Origin: Nemertoderma westbladi
Taxonomy: Eukaryota; Animalia; Xenacoelomorpha
Direction of reading: 5' to 3'
NCBI GenBank assembly: GCA_032718475.1
Contig: JAUCBJ010005770.1
Span: 1-42,903, forward strand
DNA length: 42,903 nt
Shown in pieces: positions 23,671 through 34,589 of the stretch (within the stretch, counting starts at the first letter, position 1; each line of letters begins with the position of its first letter). The position numbers and the translations under genes are program-made. A model generated the notes under the pieces. That model did not search any database. It was not told the DNA's origin and worked only from the letters and a program-made list of their open reading frames with translations.

Positions 23671-24345
23671 CTATCATGTTGTTCTGTGTTTAGTAGATTA
23701 TGTGACAGAATTTGTGGCTATCGTTGTGTTTAATAGACTGTCGCACTCGTTCTGGGTTTAACAGAATTCGTGGCCATCATTCTGTGTTTAATAGACTCTG
23801 TCGCATAGTTCAGTATGTCGTTCGCACGACTTATTATGTCGTTTGCACGACTTAGTAAGTCGTTCGCACGACATACTAAGTCATTTGCACGAGTTAGCAA
23901 AAAAATTGTTTTCACATGTCCCTTTAGGGGCTCCATACTATCATGTTGTTCTGTGTTTAGTAGATTATGTGACAGAATTTGTGGCTATCGTTGTGTTTAA
24001 TAGACTGTCACACTCGTTCTGGGTTTAACAGAATTCGTGGCCATCATTCTGTGTTTAATAGACTCTGTCGCATAGTTCAGTATGTCGTTCGCACGACTTA
24101 GTATGTCGTTTGCACGACTTAGTAAGTCGTTCGCACGACATACTAAGTCATTTGCACGAGTTAGCAAAAAAATTGTTTTCACATGTCCCTTTAGGGGCTC
24201 CATACTATCATGTTGTTCTGTGTTTAGTAGATTATGTGACAGAATTTGTGGCTATCGTTGTGTTTAATAGACTGTCGCACTCGTTCTGGGTTTAACAGAA
24301 TTCGTGGCCATCATTCTGTGTTTAATAAACTCTGTCGCATAGTTC
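23671..24345. repeat. 267-bp tandem duplication (~2.5 units) containing the IS3EU right end plus flank
   Basis: ggggctcc.ta|ctatcatgttg junction recurs at 23670, 23937 and 24204. Duplicate ORFs in the track are offset by exactly 267. Confidence 0.95.
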
Positions 24346-24519
24346 TGTGTGTAATAGACTCCGTCACCATCATTCTCGGTTTAATACATATTTTATTTAT
24401 TAAGCCAGGTAAGGCATGATGCACAGTAAAACATGACAAAAATAAATTAAAACATGGATCAATAAATAATTGAAATTATAAAATTTATTATTACTGTATA
24501 AGGTAAGTTCGCCATAAAA

Positions 24520-25370
24520 GCATTCATTCTTTGCTTAATAGACTCTGTCGCATAGTTATGTGTTTAATAGACTCTGTCGCATAGTTCTGTGTGTAATAGA
24601 CTCCGTCACCATCATTCTGGGCTTATAAGAGTCCGTTATCTTCATTCTTTGTTTAATAGACTCTGTCACATAGTTATGTGTGTAATAGACTCCATCACCA
24701 TCATTCTGGGCTTATAAGAGTCCGTCATCTTCATTCTTTGTTTAATAGACTCTGTCACATAGTTCTGTGTGTAATAGACTCCATCACCATCATTCTGGGC
24801 TTATAAGAGTCCGTCATCTTCATTCTTTGTTTAATAGACTCTGTCACATAGTTCTGTGTGTAATAGACTCCATCACCATCATTCTGGGCTTATAAGAGTC
24901 CGTCATCTTCATTCTTTGTTTAATAGACTCTGTCGCATAGTTCTGTGTGTAATAGACTCCATCACCATCATTCTGGGCTTATAAGAGTCCGTCATCTTCA
25001 TTCTTTGTTTAATAGACTCTGTCACATAGTTCTGTGTGTAATAGACTCCATCACCATCATTCTGGGCTTATAAGAGTCCGTCATCTTCATTCTTTGTTTA
25101 ATAGACTCTGTCGCATAGTTCTGTGTGTAATAGACTCCATCACCATCATTCTGGGCTTCGTCCGTCATCTTCATTCTTGGTTTAATAGAATCTGTCTCCA
25201 TCATTCCAGGTTTAACATAATTTGTGGCCATCTTTCTGTGTTTAATAGACTCCATCGCCATCGTTCTGTGTTTAAAAGACTCCGTCTATCTATCTGTCAC
25301 ATTGTTCCAGGTTTAATAGACTCCATCGCCATTGTTCCGGGTTGTATAGACTCCAACACCTTCTTCCTGA
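24520..25370. repeat. Minisatellite: ~30-bp monomer arranged as an 89-bp trimeric higher-order repeat
   Basis: aatagactctgtcacatagttctgtgtgt / aatagactccatcaccatcattctgggctt / ataagagtccgtcatcttcattctttgttt repeated ~6-7 times, with diverged monomers at both edges. Confidence 0.95.
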
Positions 25371-25494
25371 TCCGGGTTTCATAGATTCCATTGGCATCGC
25401 CTGTCGCCATCATTCAGCAGTTCAGTGATTTTAATCAATGCCAGAATTCCGGCACCAGCTCCACAATCATAACAGACTCCGTAAACAACGGGCT

Positions 25495-26830
25495 CAGACT
25501 GATTGATGTCGGTCTTGCAGAAAACTGGCAATGAGATCATGTGGGCGCCCATGTATTCCATAACAGGATAATTTTTTAATAATATTTCGTGGCTCAACGT
25601 ATCAAATCCCTTTTTGAGGTCGAGGTAGATGACTGAGGCAGATTTATTATTATCTAGAACTTATCTAAGCTTTTCAATGATATTCAATAAGGCTTGGTTT
25701 GTACTAACAGTTCTCCTAAACCTAAATTGATTTTCACTTAATAATTTAAAGTGTTCGAGAAATGCGAGTAACTGAGAATATATTATTTTTTCGTAAATTT
25801 TTAAGTAAACTGGTAGTAAAGAAATTGGTCGATAGTTTTAGGGTTCATTCACTGGGCTTTACAGCACCACCTTTATAGACCAGTATTACATTTGCCTTTT
25901 TAGTAACTTCGGGAAAGCTCCGTTCATAAAACCTAAATTAATTAGATTACTTTAATGGGTTGCTAAATTTTCTGCTGCAATTTTAATCAGTTTGATAGGA
26001 AAAGGGTCGTTGGGTGAGCGTTACTTAAACTGGGGAGGTTTCTATAAGTGTAAATGAATTTGGCTTTAGGTGGTTTATATACGTCCTGATTTATAACTTT
26101 CCAGGTCTTACGCATTATGGCATTACGCATATTGTTTTTATCATAAAATTCATTTACGAAGTAATTTTTGTCTGCAAACCGTACTGTAGGGATGTCCTTA
26201 GTTGATTACGATAAGATTTAAACTTAGCAAAATTTGTATTGGAAGTTTCTGATGTTTATTTTCCTTATAAATTATTTTTTTAACACAACATTTTGTATTG
26301 CGCTCTAGTTTTTTTAGGTACATGTATATAATGTCCTGATAAAAAATGTCATACTTTTCATTATTATTTATATTTTCATTGGTATAGGACCAGGATTCAC
26401 TTGATTGAATGTTCTCTAAAAAAGTATGTTCAGTTGGTGGGTTAAAATATTTTATTTACGAGAAAAATTGGTAGAAAAAACACCAGAGGTGGATAGACAA
26501 TTTTGTGTGTTGGTGAGAATTTGGTAATTAATAGGGTTGGTGTGCGAAATAATTGTTGATCTAGAAGCAATTGAATAAAAGGTCGCAAGGTGCCCTGAAT
26601 CGAGTGGCAGGGTGTGTTTTTTGTAAAACACGAGGAAACGGTCGAATGGAGGGTTTAAGAATCCCATGGCCTCCTGAGAGATGTGATTTCAATGCAACGG
26701 ATAAAATCACTATGTTGTGGGACATTTCCTATGATAGTTCACGGGTTTGTAAGTTATTAACCTGAGCAAGTTACCAATCGCCGCCACCCATTCGCTCCTT
26801 GAGATTCTTGATTGCGGCTTATTAATTCTT
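25495..26830 (-). mobile_element. Second decayed CR1/L2-group LINE ORF2 fragment
   Basis: Minus strand: NYRPISLLPV..KIYEKII...LSENQF.FR...STNQAL...IYLDLKKGFDTLSHEILL...YGIHG. APE-like remnants lie further upstream. Confidence 0.85.
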
Positions 26831-27737
26831 AATTCATAATGTTGATAACCAGAGAATGTGTCGGGGCAGTCTTCGGTTCCTTGGTGGCCTTCTCCGGCAA
26901 CTTACAAGTGCTCAGCAGTACCGGATGCAATTTTTGTAAAAGTAGTAGCTCTGACTCCAGTCGACATATGGGCAGGGCAGTTTGCATCATTCCAGGCATA
27001 ATTGTGAAATAAATTATATATTACACTGTCAGACTGTTACTTTAGGCTAAACTTTACGCCTTTTATCCATTGCTAAAAAAACAATAAAAGGAATTCAAAT
27101 TTAACAAAATTACAAATTTTTACTTTTACATTGTCAATTAAAATAACTTTTAACATAGCTGCGTAGAGTCTATTGCAATATTAATTTGGATGGTAGATTT
27201 TCTCTTGTGCACTGGGGTACCTAATTCGTAGGTCGGGTTTATAGTGTCGGTGCGGCCCTCCTTTAAATATTACCTGGCGCACGCAATTTTGATAATGTCT
27301 GGCGAACTATCTAGTACATTTTTGTAAGGATTCCACTAGGGCTGCATGGCCTGCAACACCTATATATTGTCCTGCACATACTTATTGTATACTAAAATCG
27401 AGTTATATTGGTGTTGTAAGGGTCTAAGCCACGATTCTAAGTAAACTCGCTTCATATTTAAACTTATTGTATACTGGTATACTACTGGTACCGTGACGCA
27501 TAATGAAATTGATAATTTATTCTTTCTGTATAGAAATGGTATGTAGGCCTAATAGTCTGGTCGATAAGAAAATGTAACCGGAAAAAAATGTTACCAAGCT
27601 ATATTTAGTATGGTTTGAATCGCTAGGATCCCCGCTTTCGAAATCTGAAAAGTCCTCTCTTCAATAGGGTGGGCAACTCTCACAAAGCAACCGACATAAA
27701 AATAGATATAATTACATTTAAAGCAACTGGGCTAGCT

Positions 27738-27977
27738 CCTACCCCCACTATATCGCCAACGGAGAATTCATTGAGCATATTTTCAATACTCAGTTACCAT
27801 GGCAACCGGTGATTCACCATATCAACCATCGATTTGGCCATCTTGAGGCAACGGGACCAACTCCTAACCCCACTATATCGACTATGGAAAATTCATTGAT
27901 AATATTTTCAAGTCTCAGTTGCCATGGCAACCAGTAGATTCACGATATCAACCATCGATTTCGCCATCTTGAGGCAA
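27738..27977. repeat. ~124-bp imperfect tandem duplication carrying GTTRCCATGGCAAC palindromes
   Basis: ccccactatatcg...gttaccatggcaac / gttgccatggcaac...atcaaccatcgatt..gccatcttgaggcaa occurs twice. Confidence 0.9.
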
Positions 27978-28339
27978 TACTCATACCATGGTAACTCCTA
28001 TCCCCGCTATTAAAATTTATTAATTGAGGGAATGGTAGTTTAATAAATAATATCACCCTTTATTAGTGGAACAATTGTATCTATACACCGTTTATTAAAC
28101 CATACCTGTATCATTGTACCTGTATCATACTTGTATCATTGAGGTTGATGGAGTTGTGTATCATTGCCGTGATGCCCCATAAACTAGGTTTCATGTGTTT
28201 CTAAGGTAGTTTGTTCTGATGTTGCTGTGTTACTAAAAGAACGAGTTTGTTGATAATCTGAATTGTATTAATTGCTGATATAATATAAATAATGTTATAG
28301 AGTTTACTAATGAGTCTGCATGTTGAACCATACTGAACA

Positions 28340-29935
28340 AACCAGCTTGAATATCCATATCGATGACAATGACATTGCCTGCCTTGTCTCCTTTGATGAT
28401 TGAAATCGAATTGTCTACTTTTAACATCTTTAAGGATTTCAATTGCTTGGTGAAAATATTCGTCTTCGCTCAATCGTTAATCCTTGGTGTATTGAGTTTC
28501 TCAATCTTCGAGTGGAGGAAAGCCTCCACTACCACTCTACCTCTTGGTCGTTGGAAAATGGTGGAATATATCAAGTTTTGGATGGTACTTTTAGAGGGAC
28601 ATAACGCAAGGGGGGTGAAGGTTCCCTTTGTTCTGAATGGAGTCCTGGAATATCTCGAATGTTCAGTGGTCTTCGCGTCGTCCAGGAGATTGTTCGAGGA
28701 GATTCATCAGTAGAATCGGATGAGATAAGGGATGTGTTGATTCGGATGGGGCTAATATGAGTATAGTATATAGGGGTGAGTCGATTGGGAAGTGGTGTTG
28801 AGGTGGAATGGGGTGGGGGGAAATCAGAGATGGTAGGTGGAAACAATTCTCTCCTCGACGCGCTATTGAGGTGAGTGTCCGATGTGGTGGTAGATCCAGT
28901 TTGAGTTATAGACTCCGATTGATAGGGGGTTGGGTCTGTAGATTGGTGGGGATCTGGGGCACCCGCGTGATCTTTAAGATCCTGCTCGAGTGGGTCTGCC
29001 CAATGAGTATTGAGTGGGGTTACTATGTGGAACGAAGTAACATCATCGCAAGGTGGACTACCGGTACCTTTCACCCCATCGTCTCCCAGTAACATATCCA
29101 TTAGTCTGTCTCTTCTCCTGAAAATGCGGCGAACAGACATTGCCATTTTGGCAATTGCTGTGTGTGCGTCGATGACGTCTACGTGCCCTTGTTTAATGAT
29201 CAGGCGGAAGTTTAAACCTAATTTCAAAATGTCTTCCTGAGGTTTAGTGATAGGTTTAGAGGATAAATTAATTACGTTCGGTTTGAGGCTGTCCCACCAA
29301 ACTGTGTTGTGTGTTCTTCTTCCAATGTGGGAATCCGATGGGTTAGAAACACCTTCCATTGCGTTTGGTGTTATCAAGGTAGATAACCTGTTGCGTGCGA
29401 TCCAAACCAATACGAGGTAGATAACCTGTTGCGTGCGATCCAAACCAGTACGAGGTAGATAACCTGTTGCGTGCGCTCTAAACCAGTACCTTAACAAAAC
29501 GAGATTCTTGATGGCCAGAGAGAAATTCCATTATCTTCTGGATTATCGACAACTTCTTCTGTAATATTTTGCGAGTTAGCATAAGTCTCTTCATAACGAA
29601 TCCTTGAGGATCAAAGTAGAGTGAACGACATCACGTCATTCCAATTGCCCGGTATTCCTAATCTAACATTGTTTTATGTTTGATGAAGCAAGGAGTTAAA
29701 AGGTGAAACTTTAAAATTCCTGAGTCTGACCAACCTATCATGGTGTTCGTGAGTATCCTGTGATAGTACTTTATCCGCGAAATTCCAGGCTAAAACCGGG
29801 TACTCCCGGTGAGTACAATGGTACATATCAAATAAATGCATTGGTAATAGAGATTTAATTTTGCAACTTTTCAGGAAACTAATTTGGAGGGGTAGTCTGG
29901 TCATTTTAGCGGAATTAAAGAAAACGGTTTAGAAG
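28340..29935 (-). mobile_element. Inverted 5' half of a Penelope-like element (N-terminal region)
   Basis: ISFLKSCKIKSLLP; VINLSSKPITKPQEDILKLGLNF; SEDEYFHQAI..LK...ISIIKGDKAGNVIVIDMD (ADKG..VV.MD motif). These are typical PLE pre-RT motifs. Includes a 38-bp x3 tandem repeat at ~29378-29490. Confidence 0.85.
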
Positions 29936-29939
29936 CCTT

Positions 29940-32137
29940 GAGCTCAAAGACGAGGACCTAAGGAATTATTTATTACCGAGACATCCTGCGAACGACTATG
30001 TTTTTCCTTCGTTAAAGGATCACAAGGACAAATCAAGTGGAGCGATGACATTTTGGTCCCTAAATCCAGGTTGATTCTCTCCACATCGGGAACTCTGGTC
30101 GAACCCTTGGGTAAGCTTTTGAACACCATTTTACAGCCTTTACGCCCCCAATTGGCGCAGTACACCCCAGACAGTGTGGCAGCGAGACAGGATTTACCGA
30201 GTTATTGTTACGATTCCATAACTTTTCTTTCAATGGATGTCATTGATATGTACCCCTCCATTGCGGCCGATTTAGCAGAGGAAGGATTTCCATGGATCTC
30301 TAAAGAGAACTACGATGTACTGTATGAATTGGGTTTTTCTAAGTGTCAGATAATTATTATTTTGAAATCGTTCTTACTTATAACTACTTTTCATATAAAG
30401 CAGACTTTTATTTACTTTTGAAAGGAGTAGGTATGGGTGTACCATACAGTAAAGCTCTTGCTGTGTTAACTGTTGATAGGATTCATAGGCACGTAAATCT
30501 AATTACGTTTTGTAGTGCTATGTATTTCAGAACCTTTGTTGATGACGCTGAAGCAGTGATAAAGGTATTTTAAGCCCCACTGAGATTGAGTATATCGAGA
30601 CTCGATATGCTGAGGGTTGTATGGCAGTTTTTGGGAAGGGCGGCGTTGACTTTACTATGGAGTTTTCTAACAACGATGCCATTTTTTTGGACCTCAATTT
30701 TAAACATGATAGTGATTCGGGTAAATTGCAAGTGGGTGTTTATTTTAAACAATTATCCCGCAAGTTACCCATCACTTTCCACAGCTTTCATCGAGAAAGA
30801 ACTTTGAATGGTGTTGTTAGAGGTCAACTTTTTAGGTTTTGGAGACTTACGGGAGGTGGACCCCATTATGCAGTAGGAAGAGACCGGTCGGTACCTTACA
30901 AACTGTTTTATAGCTGGTTATGTTTGTTTACATTACCTAGAACATTTACGCACATTCAATTTTTCCAACATTCCAAGCCCCACCACCACACAAACAACCA
31001 CCGCCCCCCACGCAAAGGCAACTGACAGAGTTTTTCTCACATTTAACGAACACTTTGAACCCCTCATTAAGGACGCTACTAGAGAGCTTAGACAAGCCCT
31101 CAACGAAAGAGACATAGACCTAATGGTAGCTAGAACCGCCACGCCAAACTTAGGAAATCTACTAATTCGGAAAAGAGACTGGAACGACACTTTGGGGAAC
31201 CACAAGTGTGGCTCACCGCGCTGTTTAAAATGCGACTGGATTTTTGATGGTGTCACCCCATGCCCATGGGGGGGCAAGATCCTGCCGTTCCTTCAACTGC
31301 ATTTCGAGTAACGTTCTCTACTCCATTTTCTGCACTGACCACCCTGACCAGTCAGTACATTGGACAGACGGAACAGTCATCAAGACATGGGATGTATGGA
31401 CATAGGTCGACTATCTGGGGCGCCAGAAAAAACCCTCTCCCCACACCGCACAACGACTTCGACGAATGTCTGTTAACCGAACACTTTACGCAATGTGACC
31501 TTTTGATTTCGCATTTATTTTATAATTTTTTGTACTTTTTACACGTCTTTTGAAATCTCATACATATTTTTTCTTGAATTACTGTAGTTACTGTACTTCA
31601 ATTGCGCTGTATATTTAACTCTAATGGATTCGTTTCAGTTTCTGCATTGAAGCTTATACTGTAACTTTTTCGGTTTACTGTAGATTTTAAGATTTACACG
31701 CTTTACCTCAGTAATAATAATTATATTATTGCACTCCTTACAACTTTGGGATTTTGCTGATTATTTTTCATAGTAAATTCATTATTTCCAATAAGTTGGT
31801 GCATTCATTCACATCACTGAACTCTCTACAGTAGATATCCATCTATTTAGTCCATATTATTCCATCTTACATCTCATATTCCATCTTTTTATTCCATCCA
31901 TTTAGTAGCTGTAGTGTTACTTTATTTTAGCATACTACTGTACCTACGTTTGTTTTATACTGTATCGGTACCGGTAGTCGTACCTCTGTACCTTATGCAA
32001 CATAATCATGCGTCTGGTTTAATTTAGTATTATCTACCCTGAAGAAGGCCTTAGTGGCAGAAATCGATCGGTGTAAACTGTTTAATTTTTCTTAAGTTAG
32101 AGGGGGATAGACCCCTGGTTCCCAAACTCTTTAATTT
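29940..32137 (+). mobile_element. Penelope-like element 3' half: RT + GIY-YIG endonuclease + 3' UTR, frameshifted
   Basis: RLILSTSGTLVEPLGKLLNTILQPL; SMDVIDMYPSI; GVGMGVPYS; FRTFVDD; FLDL; VYFK...FHSFH....NGVVRGQLFRFWRL; CGSPRCLKC; YIGQT....RHGMYGH; EHF. Hammerhead in the 3' UTR. Confidence 0.92.
32035..32075 (+). ncRNA. Minimal type I hammerhead ribozyme of the PLE 3' UTR
   Basis: tacc-CTGAAGA-a-ggcc-ttagt-ggca-GAAA-tcga-TC^-ggtg. Palindromic ATCGAT stem III, with one mismatch at the base of stem II. Confidence 0.75.
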
Positions 32138-32266
32138 ACTTGGGATCATGAATCAGAAAGTCAGGTGACCTTCGGATTAAGGGGAAGGCATGGGCAGCGT
32201 TAAATAGTCAGTCCAGGATTTGGATTTCCCATAGAATAAAACAGATCCTTAAGGTTCGATTATTTA
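32137..32266 (+). mobile_element. Short diverged RTE fragment
   Basis: tacttgggatcatg...gaaggcatgggcagc...tccaggatttgg...cttaaggttcgattattta aligns by eye to 7309-7444. Confidence 0.8.
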
Positions 32267-32276
32267 TGAGTCACTC

Positions 32277-33123
32277 GAGGGCGAATTGTCTTAAAGTGAA
32301 AATCTTCTCTAACTTTGTATTTACAATCCGTTTAAGATGACACTTAGCAGGTATCTAATACAGCAAAGGCTGTATTTTTATAGAGACGTCTGCAGTTCTC
32401 CAGTCTGCCGCTAGAGTGCGAAATCTCTGAAAGTGAACATCTTCTCTAACTTTGCTATTTATTATCCATTTAGACTGAAACGTGGTAGGTATCTACTACA
32501 GCATAGTCTGTATCTTTACGGAGTCGCAGAGTGATTTATAGTTCCCCAGTCTACCGCTAGAGGATGTAATATCTGAAAGTGACCATCTACACAAATTTTG
32601 CTATTTACAATCTGATTAAGCTGAAACTCGACAAGCAGGCAGGCATCTTACTTCACCATAAACTCCATCTTTACAGAACTACAGCGTCATCTGCATTTCA
32701 CCAGTCGCAGTCTGCAGGTAGGGGGTAAAATGTCTGAAAATGATCATTTTCTCGAAATTAGGTTATTTACAATAAGCTAAAGCTAAGTTGAAACTTGACA
32801 GTTATTTCCTATATGGGGGCGGTGTTTTATTTTATGATGGTATCACATTCATATATCATCTGCACGTGGACTAGAAAGATGTAGCCCGAAGGACCACAGG
32901 CTTTCTAGTCTAATCTAATATATATAAAAATTAATTGTCTGTGTAGGTGTGGGTATCTCTGTGTGTGTGTGTTTGTCATCGGATATACAATCGAACCCAT
33001 CTCGATGAAATCTCGCTTAATATAGCTCGTTAGAAAGGTCTCGCCCTAACTCGTTGCAACGTAATACTCAGAGCCGTCTGAAGTTCCCCCGTCTGCTGCT
33101 AGAGGGCGAATTGTCTTAAGTGA
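32277..33123 (+). mobile_element. Non-autonomous Helitron-like unit with internal tail-to-head junction and diverged ~155-bp repeats
   Basis: Hairpin + CTAG 3' end at 32905-32908, immediately followed by TCTAATCTAATATATATAAAA and a (GT)n tract, a typical 5' end. Confidence 0.6.
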
Positions 33124-33127
33124 CACA

Positions 33128-33907
33128 TTGAAAGTCCTCAGCAAGTCTCTGACCGGATGAGCATAAGCTCAAAGGATGGTATGCTTGAGCATGTGGACGA
33201 CTTCTGTTACCTGGGATCATGGATCCGGAAGTCAGGTGAGGACCTTCAAATACGTAAGGGAAAGCATGGGCTGGGCATACTTGAATATGCTTTCCAGGAT
33301 TTGGAAGTCACCGAGAATTAATCGGAAACTTAAGGTCCGATTATTTAAAGCAGCAGTAGTTCCAGTACTCCTCTATGGGAGTCCATGCTGGGCTCTAACT
33401 GCTGAGGACACCAAATCTCTGGATGGCACTTTTACAAGAATGCTGCGCCGGATTCATTGTGTCAAGTACAATGAATGGAATGAATCCATTCGAGGTTAAG
33501 ACCCCTAGATCCCTTCCTATAATAAGTACAATGAACACATCTCCAATCAGACTCTACTGTATACAACATTGGAGGTGCTCCATTAGTATCCCCTAGCTTC
33601 ACTGACACTTGAACGGAACCGCCTCCGCTTTGCAGGACATTGCTTTCGCTGTGAGGACCAGCAAGTGCATATTCAATCTGGTGCTTTGGCGCTTTGGAGC
33701 GAATTAGCATGGTGGACAGCCCAAGACTTTCATGAGACGCATCTTAAAGGACACTGGCCTTGAAAATGCGGATGATCTAGCAAATGTCATGGGTGATAGG
33801 GAGTTGTGGCGGTGCAATTTTGTTGACAAGCCGGCACAGCATTCTTAATATATATGTAATATATATATAATGCAGCTGCAATGCAGCATGCCGATCGTAG
33901 TAGTAGT
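33128..33907 (+). mobile_element. 5'-truncated RTE-clade LINE copy
   Basis: Same family as 7221-7925, frameshifted, with a (TAG)n tail. Contains a 48-bp insertion at 33476-33523. Confidence 0.95.
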
Positions 33908-34326
33908 GGTGTGTTGTGTGGTGTTTTGTGTGCTGTGTTGTGAATTCCTGATTTTATTGGGAGGCTAAGGGATTGTTTTACTCCATTTTCTCAATCCAGT
34001 ATTACTAAAATAACAGATAGATACATAAAATAAATGTAATTTTTATCGCAACATATCTCAAATAAATACAATATACGAGGAAGCTTGTGAGTTACATATG
34101 GGAATTATACGCACTGTGACCACCACCAAATAGAAGGGATGCCTGCGGGCCCAAGTAATATATTATATAATAAAATAAAGTAGCACAATAATATAATTAA
34201 AATATCAATTTACCAAATATATGTAAGTAAATATACCTAAAATACCAATATACAATTAATTACTTGTATACAATTAATTTCTTCTCTCTAATCTAAAAAG
34301 TCAGTTGTTGAATAACTCTGTGAAAC

Positions 34327-34365
34327 TCAATCCTCATGCAAGTCGCAACGGCAGGTGTCAATGAC
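34327..34365 (-). CDS. Terminal coding exon of follistatin/Kazal + cystine-knot protein (VIDTCRCDLHED*)
   Basis: Acceptor tctattccag|, phase 0 matching the donor at 35478. Supplies the final CxC of the knot. Candidate AATAAA on the minus strand at 33953-33958. Confidence 0.85.
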   Translation of the reverse strand, partial: VIDTCRCDLHED

Positions 34366-34589
34366 CTGGAATAGACAATTAAGAAATCGTAAGTTGACCT
34401 AGTACGAAAGCATATTTATATGCGAGTTGAACAAACAAACAAACAAACAGGCCTACTACCGGTACTGAAAGTGTTTGTTCAGGTACATGTCTCCAGTCTC
34501 CATATTATTTTTACAACTCTCCCTAAATAATATTACACAAAATTTAAAATAGAAATAGATGTGAATATATGGGTAGGGTAAGTTAGAAA

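Noticed and set aside
26995-27030. U12 AT-AC intron acceptor at tttcac
   Set aside because: No TCCTTAAC-type branch site upstream.
28571-29497. 308-aa ORF as a host gene
   Set aside because: Contains the PLE N-terminal motif VINLS...LKLGLNF and is flanked by frameshifted PLE pieces.
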